A DNA stretch of 64,000 bases, taken from Eledone cirrhosa. Its lineage: Eukaryota. The stretch's first letter is position 1. Each line of letters begins with the position of its first letter. The notes under the pieces were generated by a model that ran no database searches, was not told the DNA's origin, and worked only from the letters and a program-made list of their open reading frames with translations. This document shows positions 56,021-64,000 of this stretch, in pieces. A program made the translations under genes and the position numbers. The stretch lies in NCBI GenBank assembly GCA_964016885.1, contig CAXHJY010001237.1, positions 408 to 64,407 on the forward strand. Direction: 5' to 3'.

Positions 56021-56621
56021 TGCACACACGTCTGTATATCTATATATATATATATAATGTCTATATAGCTAGCAAGCTTGCAGTGATAAAGTACTTTTGG
56101 CCCACTGTTATTATTTTATTGATAAATATCTTTCTGCTGCAGATATGTTTCTGTATATTTTTTTTTATATTCTATTCCTATACTGCATGCTGCATTCTCC
56201 CCCTCTACTCACCTCTCTCTCTCCCATTTACTTAGCTGTACTGGCTCCACTCCTTCATCTAGCATCCAGTGCCAATTTTTTTTAACCCTTCAATGACTAC
56301 ATTTCTATCAACTAGACAGTTTGTCTTTCTATATAAAGATACAAGGTTTTTTTGTTTTTGCTTTTTTTAGTAAAACTTCTTAAATTTGAGGGTACTGTAG
56401 TTTGCTTGAAACATTTTGGAAAGAGTAGCAGATAGGACATTAAATGTTTAAAATAATAAAAACAAAGTTGTTGGAATGTTACCTTGGAAGTGTTTAATTA
56501 GTCCGTAATATTTCAGGATAAAATCCTTTCATCAAAAGAGTTAAGGATGCCTTGCTGTTCTTATGTTGGCATTTTTAAATCTGAAAAAAAATTGTTTTCA
56601 CCAATTCGTGATGAAGGGTAT

Positions 56622-56808
56622 TTATTGGTGAATTGGCAGTATCGGTAGAGGGTCGGACATGCTTTCCAGCATAGTTGTCTCTTTACGATCTGAGTTCAAA
56701 TCCGGCCGAGGTTAACTTTGCCTTTCATCCTTACGGAGTCGATAAAATAAAGTACCAGTAATGAACTGGGTAATTGCTGGCCTTGTGCCAAAAATAGAAA
56801 CAATTATT
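56622..56808 (+). mobile_element. Nin/Deu-domain SINE
   Basis: ctgagttcaaatccggccgaggttaactttgcctttcatccttacggagtcgataaaataaagtaccagtaa; near-identical inverted copy at 61038-61204. Confidence 0.85.
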
Positions 56809-56815
56809 TATCTAT

Positions 56816-57025
56816 TTAACTTTTTAGTATTTAAAACGGCCATATCTGGCCAGAATTCTCTCACCTCTTTCTATTCAAATCGGCTGTAACCGACTACTCA
56901 TACTGACATTAAGGTATTGTCAAATTAAATAACATCAAAATTTCTTAGATTCGATATGTGAGATAAAGCTTTTACCACAAAAATGTAATAGTATCTATAG
57001 AATAATGTAAATGCTAAAGGGTTAA
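56816..57025. mobile_element. TTAA-flanked MITE family 1
   Basis: Homologous to 31794-32006; ends taaatgctaaagggTTAA. Confidence 0.8.
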
Positions 57026-57549
57026 ACATCTGTCTAAGCTAGTAACCCATGGAAGACTAAGAGAGGTGTCCAATTAATACCTTCTACAGTTAAGAAACAA
57101 AAATGGGAGGAAAAAGAAGGCAAAATAAGCAACAAAAAAATGGTGAAAAACATGGACAAGTAGCTAAATGTTTTTTAATCTATTCTCTGCCTCCATTGTA
57201 CTGGAAGATTGTGTATACAGTTGGTAGGTCCTTGACAATGTTTTACACCTCCAATATTGGTAGATTTTTAAAGACCAGCTTTAATATGTATTCTCTGACA
57301 TCTAGTTTCAACTGCCACAGTCTCAACCAAGGAAGAATTGGTCGTGTTTTTTCATTGTGGTAGTAATGCTGAATTAGTATTGAAGTAGAAAGTTAAAAGG
57401 TGTGAAGTGATGCTTGGTGACAGTTACTAAGTTATGGTTATATCTATTGTTGAAATGGAATGAAGTGTGGGAGTACATCTGTCTGTTAACTCTTTAGAAT
57501 TTACATTATTCTATATTTACTATTATATTTTCACATAATATCGAATCTG

Positions 57550-57740
57550 AGGTGTCACTAAAAAAAGCACCCAGTACGCACTGTAAATGTGGTTGGTATT
57601 AGGAAGGGCATCCAGCCATAGAAACCAACCCAGAACCAGTCCTGTATGCACAAGACACGGGGTCACTTGATCTGACTTGTTTCACAATGGGACAACTCAT
57701 ATTACCCATGCTAGTGTGGAAAAATGGATGATGATGATGG
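57550..57740 (+). mobile_element. RTE 3' UTR fragment
   Basis: aagcacccagtacgcactgtaaatgtggttgg...cccatgctagtgtggaaaa..(gat)n. Confidence 0.75.
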
Positions 57741-58519
57741 TGTGTGTGTATTTATCTATTACTTCCCTTCTCTCTTTATATATATGTGTAATGTCTCACC
57801 TCTCTCTCTCTCTACTTATGTTGGATGCTTTTTATAGCTTTCTCATTTCTCACTTGTCTTAAGTTGTGTTAATCATATTTTTTTTTATTTAATTGTATAT
57901 TTCCTGTCATTAGTTTCTACTACCACCACCACAACTCCACCACTTCACCACCACCACTGCCACCATCAGCATTACCACATCCCCACTGCTATTAGCATCA
58001 CAACTACTACTTCCATTATCATACCACAATCATTACCACAGCCACCATCATCACCACATCCACTAACTATTACTTCCCGCTCCACCATCACTACCATTAC
58101 CACCACCATCACTACCATTACCACCACCATTACTCCCCCACCACCACCATCACTTCCATTATCACCACCTCTACCACACTCTATAGTTGGAAATATAAAT
58201 ATAATACATGCAAATTATGTATTTTATCATTTTCTGTATTGATTGATGTAAATGGAATTCAACAGTTAATTTCACAACCTGGCTGTTTTGTTTTTCAACT
58301 GTTATTCAGACAACTGGAACAGTCTTTGTCAGTATCAACAGATGTCTGATACAACACGTTTGTTGCTAGAATTCAAATTTGCACTAGGCTGAGGATATTG
58401 CACAATACTGTGAAACATACAATGTAGCAGCTATATATATGATGGACTCTTCCATCGTGTATCGACATATCAGGGTTCAACAGTTTCCACAGTTCAATTT
58501 TTTAATGTTTATTTATTCC

Positions 58520-58748
58520 TTAACCCTTTAGAATTTACATTACTCTATATTTACTACTGTATTTTTATGGTAAACACTTAATCTTACATAATTATCCCAC
58601 AAAATATTGAATCTATTAGATTTTGATATTATTTATTTTTAGAACAATACTTTAACTTAGGTATGAGTGGCTGGTTACAGCTGGTTTAAACAGAAAGAGG
58701 TGAGAAAATTCTGACCAGATATGGCCCGTTTAAATGCTAAAGGGTTAA
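58520..58748. mobile_element. TTAA-flanked MITE family 1, opposite orientation
   Basis: TTAAccctttagaattta ... taaatgctaaagggTTAA; the interior is the reverse complement of 56816-57025. Confidence 0.8.
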
Positions 58749-58749
58749 A

Positions 58750-59012
58750 TGGCACTTCAGTCCAGCTGCTGATATACCATCAAGCTACATTTAGTGCAGA
58801 TGACAGGATTTTGAGCAGAGCAGAATGGCATATTTAATTGGATCTTGCTGTTAGATCACAGATGAACCAGGCAAAATTTTTCATAGTTCTTTATACCTTC
58901 CGTCAGCTGCTAGGGCTTCAAAAGAAGTGAGGTATAATCACAGATTTAAGATGGTACCTCAGTTTGTCTTTAAATCTGAGTAATGGTCTGCCTAATATGA
59001 CATGCACCATTA
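58750..59012 (-). mobile_element. Old RTE/BovB-like ORF C-terminal fragment
   Basis: GRPLLRFKDKLRYHLKS and, after stops and frameshifts, ICTKC...SAAGLKCH (terminal zinc-finger remnant). Confidence 0.65.
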
Positions 59013-59282
59013 TGAAGTTGACTGTATAACTACCTATATATATATATATTTGAGTCCTAGGTTCAATTGGAGGTAACCACAGTAAGGAAGGTACTAAATA
59101 CATTAGTAGTTATTTACAAATTTAATATAGAAATGGCTTCTCATTTGAAGAAAATCATCAGGAAAGTTCTAGTCCTGTAGAAGTCATTTCTATATTAGAT
59201 TTTGTTTTTTATATATAGATATATGTGTGTGTGTTGATCTATGAAAAGAAAAAGGCAAAGTTTAGTGCTTAATTAGTTCATT

Positions 59283-59412
59283 GGTTTCACGATTGTTTCA
59301 GAAGGTTGATTGATCATGATAAATTGATATAGCGACTAATCAACAATAATTATGTAACACCATAGTATTAGTCTTGATACCAAATATCCATCTCAATCTT
59401 CTTCAGAAACAA
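59283..59412 (-). ncRNA. Degenerate hammerhead motif with long stem II
   Basis: gttt-CTGAAGA-agattga...(about 85 nt)...tcaaccttct-GAAA-caatcg-TG-aaac. Confidence 0.35.
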
Positions 59413-59542
59413 TTATTGGGCCTACAATAGACAAGTAGATACCAGTGTACATGTGTGTGAAACAGCAAAGCAAATGACACAGTACAGTGAAGAAATATAT
59501 TTGTTTCCCTATTATTTGCATGATATAGTAGGAAAATAGAAG

Positions 59543-59578
59543 TCTTTATATTTCGGACACTAGCCCTTCATCAGAAGA
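59543..59578 (-). ncRNA. Minimal type I hammerhead ribozyme (Penelope-like)
   Basis: TCTT-CTGATGA-A-GGGC-tagt-GTCC-GAAA-TA-TA-AAGA: intact core, 4-bp stem II, 4-bp stem I and palindromic minimal stem III. Confidence 0.65.
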
Positions 59579-59975
59579 TAGAATTAGAAATTAAAGATTA
59601 AATAAATAAATAAATAAATAGTGAATGAGAAGAGAAAGGAACAGAAAAATTGTGTATGTATTCTGTCAGCCACAAGCACTCATCAAATAACCTGCAATAT
59701 ATATATACACCTAATTTTGATCATCCAAGTATATGTACCTAGGTATCTTTTTCCAGTGTTTAAATTAATTTTCTGTCCTATTTTTTTATTTTTTTTATTT
59801 AATTTTACTATATATTTTATTTGTTTTGTTTGGATATTTTTTCCTCATTTGAATTTTGAAGATCAAAGACAGAAATCAATCAGATATAATCAGTTGTATG
59901 GTACAGATTTATTGATTGTCTTCTTTGATATAGATCTTGGTTTTAGTAATGTTTTTTTCTGGTCTCAAATTCTAT

Positions 59976-60545
59976 CACTCATGTTCCCACATCCTCCCAC
60001 TCATGTTCCCACATCCTCCCACTCATGCTCCCACATCCTCCCACTCATGTTCCCACATCCTCCCACTCATGTTCCCACATCCTCCCACTCATGTTCCCAC
60101 ATCCTCCCACTCATGTTCCCACATCCTCCCACTCATGTTCCCACATCCTCCCACTCATGCTCCCACGTCCTCCCACTCACGCTCCCACGTCATCCCACTC
60201 ACGTTCCCACGTCCTCCTCATGTTCCCACGTCCTCCTCATGTTCCCACGTCCTCCTCATGTTCCCACGTCCTCCCACTCATGTTCCCACGTCCTCCCACT
60301 CATGCTCCCACGTCCTCCCACTCATGCTCCCACGTCCTCCCACTCATGCTCCCACGTCCTCCCACTCATGCTCCCACGTCCTCCCACTCATGCTCCCACG
60401 TCCTCCCACTCATGCTCCCACGTCCTCCCACTCATGCTCCCACGTCCTCCCACTCATGCTCCCACGTCCTCCCACATGTTCCCACGTCCTCTCACTCATG
60501 TTCCCACGTCCTCTCACTCATGTTCCCACGTCCTCTCACTCGTGC
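59976..60545. repeat. 21-bp minisatellite (cactcatg[t/c]tcccac[a/g]tcctcc)
   Basis: About 27 units, with some 17-bp deletion variants. Confidence 0.95.
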
Positions 60546-61037
60546 TCTTATCCTCTCACATCCTCTCTCACGGTTTCACTCACTCACATCCTCTCTAATC
60601 CCCCTCTTTTTGTGGAACTATTCCTTCATCATGGTCTCCCCCTTTCCCACCCTATCTCTGCTCTCCCCCTTTCTCACTCTTCCCACACAGTTTACAAGAA
60701 TGTGTGCAGGTTTCTCCTGCATGTGTGAGCTATACTTAGTAGAAGGGTCTGTACTGCAAGCATTTGCTAAACTAGCAAGTCTTCTAAAGCAGCGATTGCC
60801 AAGGAAGCACAGAACTGACCTGTTTTTCCAAAATTTAGGTTAGCATTTGGAGGGATTTAGTAATATAACTAACTTTCTTATTATTAAGATAGTGTTTGGT
60901 ATACAACAAAAGTTCTTATATCAAATTATGATGGAAGGTTTTGAGATATATATAAAAATGTTAACTCTTTCATTACCATATTTCTAATGATTTTGAAAAT
61001 TTTGAAAATACTAAAAAATTAGGAGGGATGATATAAT

Positions 61038-61204
61038 TGTTTCTACTTTTGGCACTAGGCCAGCAATTACCCAGTGTATTACTGGTACTTTATTTTATCG
61101 ACCCCCGTAAGGATGAAAGGCAAAGTTAACCTCGGCGGGATTTGAACTCAGAATGGGAAGGGCCGTAACTCTATGCGTCAAAGCATGGCGTCCGACCCTC
61201 TGCC
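61038..61204 (-). mobile_element. 5'-truncated Nin/Deu-domain SINE with 20-bp TSD
   Basis: attaggagggatgatataat at 61018-61037 and 61205-61224 flanks the element. Confidence 0.9.
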
Positions 61205-61697
61205 ATTAGGAGGGATGATATAATGCAAGACAAGCTGTACCTGTAATTCAAAGGGTGAGCTTTCAAGCTGAATCTCTTAAACAACTACTCTAAAGGTAGT
61301 GCATATGTCTGGAATACTCAACCATTTGCACTTTAATTTAACAAGCATGTTATGTTAATCAAACAACTGGGAGACTCCTCATCAAAATTGACGGAGGTCC
61401 AACACACTACACACACACACACTCGACAAAACACACACAGACACAGACACAGACACACACACACACACAGAGACACAGACACAGACACGCACACGCGCAC
61501 GTTGTAGTGGTAGAAGTATATTGAGCAATAAATTAGATCCCCAATCTGTTTTGGTTGTGAAAGGGTCTGGTGAAAGGAACCTGTTGATTGTGCCATATCA
61601 TATGTACCATCCTCCCTTACTTGGTGTTTTTAGTTTTAAGTGCACTCTGCTGTCATTTCTGCATTCATCAGCACCGTTGCACCACACAACTGCATTT

Positions 61698-62065
61698 ACC
61701 TCTTGCACATCTACCTCCTCTCTTTTGCGTCTCTAACCCCCCCCCTCTTTTGCGTCTATCTCCCACCCCTCTTTTGCGTCTCTCACCCCCCCCTCTTGCA
61801 TATTTCTTACTCTCTCTCTCTCCCTCTTGCATCACTCTCTCTCTCTCTCTTGCATCACTCTCTCTCTCTCTCCCTCTTGCATCACTCTCTCTCTTCCTCT
61901 TGCATCTCTCTCTTTCTTCCTCTTGCATCTCTCTCCCTCTTCCTCTTGCATCTCTCTCCCTCTTGCATCACTCTCTCTCTCCGTCTTGCACCAAACTCTC
62001 TCCCTCTTGCATATCTCTTACTCTCTCTCCCTCCCTCCCTACCTCTTGCGTCTCTTACACCTTGC
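61698..62065. repeat. CT-rich minisatellite with ctcttgca core
   Basis: Repeated cctcttgcat(c/a) separated by CT runs. Confidence 0.85.
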
Positions 62066-62308
62066 AGCTGCACCTCACCAGGTCTACTTATCCAGCTTCT
62101 CCACCGTCACCAACCACTAAATCCAGCTGCATTCTTTAAGTGACTGCTCAGCTGCTGCAGTGGTGTCTATCTGCTCTAATGCAATTGCTGCAATGCCGCC
62201 AACCCTTTCACCCACCTACCCAGCCATCCCTCCCTGCTCACTTACCCACACCTATTTTCAATGCATTTTTTTATGTCAGATACCAAAGAATCCAGAAGCT
62301 AGTGCACA

Positions 62309-62339
<31 letters not shown>

Positions 62340-62396
62340 TATACCAAGGAATCTAAGTTTCAAAATGACATCTATAGATTCCTCTAAATATATATA

Positions 62397-62509
62397 TCAT
62401 CATCATCATCATCGTTTAACGTCCATTTTCCACGCTAGCATGGGTCTGGACGGGAATTGTCCCACTTGAGGCAAGATTGGTTGTCTTGCTCAGGACTGTC
62501 TGGCGGGTT

Positions 62510-62512
<3 letters not shown>
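62397..62512 (-). mobile_element. Short RTE 3' end
   Basis: (cat)n-cgtttaacgtccattttccacgctagcatggg...; the 5' end is fused to (TA)n. Confidence 0.85.
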
Positions 62513-62563
<51 letters not shown>

Positions 62564-62575
62564 CTTGTAAAGTTT

Positions 62576-62653
<78 letters not shown>

Positions 62654-62831
62654 TATACACAAAAATTGGTGATGGTATGTATATCATCATTTAACAAAGT
62701 CTACTTAAATGGTGTTTTATATATATATATATATATATATAATTGTGTGTGTGTGTAACCCATGCTAGCGTGGAACATGTAGTGTTCAACTGTAGTGTGT
62801 GTATATACATGTAAAGTTTCTTACGCGCACG

Positions 62832-62907
62832 CAGGGTGTCCCAGAAAATTGTATACACACTTTAGCAACATTCTAATCAAAGTGTATATATGTTTGGGGA
62901 CACCCTG
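62832..62907. mobile_element. 76-bp Tc1/mariner-type mini-MITE
   Basis: cagggtgtccc ... gggacaccctg terminal inverted repeats, extended by tatacac/gtgtata. Confidence 0.7.
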
Positions 62908-63319
62908 TGTGTATATATATATATATATATATAATATAATAATAATAGTAATAATAATAAATTTGAAGACTAAAATCCAAAGGGTGAAAGCAGCGATTCT
63001 TTGCTTAAACTTTAATCTGTTATTTTAATAAATATATATTATATATATATATATATATATAATATATATATACACACATGTATACATATGTATACATGTA
63101 TTTAGAGTTTATTTTATTTGTATTAGGTACTCATCATCATCATGTTGATATATAACATTACCGCCTTCATTCCCCATACAGCTATCCCAGCACCCCCTGG
63201 CTTCATGTAACATTCCCTACTCCCCTCATTCCACACAGCTATCCCAGCAGCCCTCTGGCTTCATCTAATAAGGTGCTAGTTGTCAATACAGGCTTTTATA
63301 TTGATTTTGCTTCATCTCA

Positions 63320-63699
63320 TGTCTTTCTCTTTCTTATTTTGTTTCTCTCTCTCACTTTGATTCTCTTTTTCTGTTTCTTTTTCTCATTTTGTTTCTTTCT
63401 CTCTCTCTCTCTCACTTTGTTTCTTTCTCTCTCTCTCTCTCTCTCACTTTGTTTCTTTCTCTCTCTCTCTCTCTCTCACTTTGTTTCTTTCTCTCTCTCT
63501 CTCTCACTTTGTTTCTTTCTCTCTCTCTCTCTCTCTCTCACTTTGTTTCTCTCTCTCTCTCTCACTTTGTTTCTCTCTCTCTCTCTCACTTTGTTTCTCT
63601 CTCTCTCTCTCATTTTGTTTCTCTCTCTCTCTCTCACTTTGTTGCTCTCTCTCTCTCTCTCTGTATACATCTCATGTCTCTCTCTCTGTATATATCTCT

Positions 63700-63738
<39 letters not shown>

Positions 63739-64000
63739 ACATCTCTTATGTCTCTCTCTCTCTCTCTCTGTATACATCTCATGTCTCTCTCTCTCTCTGT
63801 ATACATCTCTTATGTCTCTCTCTCTCTCTGTATACATCTCATGTCTCTCTCTCTGTATATATCTCTTATGTTTCTCTCTCTCTCTCTCTCTCTCTGTATA
63901 CATCTCTTATGTCTCTCTCTCTCTCTGTATACATCTCATGTCTCTCTCTCTCTTTCTGTTATATACTCTTTCACCTCCTCTTTCTGTATGCACCTCTCTC
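63320..64000. repeat. (CT)n-based minisatellites (cactttgttt and gtatacatctc..atg cores)
   Basis: Direct reading; the ER-rich ORFs are artefacts. Confidence 0.95.

Noticed and set aside
56189-56270. Minus-strand MLDEGVEPVQLSKWERE followed by a GTGAGT donor
   Set aside because: Good donor but no acceptor or promoter evidence and no recognisable homology; partly GA repeat.
59620-59960. Possible GIY-YIG remnant upstream of the hammerhead
   Set aside because: Only vague fragments with stops in AT-rich DNA; not supportable without a translated search.

Overview
AT-rich, repeat-saturated animal genomic DNA with no confidently identifiable host protein-coding gene. The mix of repeats (RTE-clade LINEs with ATG-repeat tails, tRNA-derived SINEs, TTAA-flanked MITEs, very long TA/CA microsatellites) resembles a coleoid cephalopod such as octopus; this is an inference. 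Bases 1-16.4 kb are one huge (TA)n/(TATG)n array holding two copies of a short, internally deleted RTE-derived element. The only genuine long protein-coding segment is a 5'-truncated RTE reverse transcriptase ORF (37321-38506, minus strand) with a C4HC3 PHD-like finger downstream of its catalytic motif. Almost all other long ORFs in the track are microsatellite artefacts. Most notable: the bipartite RTE-derived element ending in (TA)n, Penelope-type minimal hammerhead ribozyme motifs (59.3-59.6 kb and 33.1-33.5 kb), an inverted RTE pair able to form dsRNA, a SINE-RTE chimera joined by a perfect hairpin, and fold-back palindrome scars. Everything was read by eye, so boundaries of degenerate repeats are approximate.
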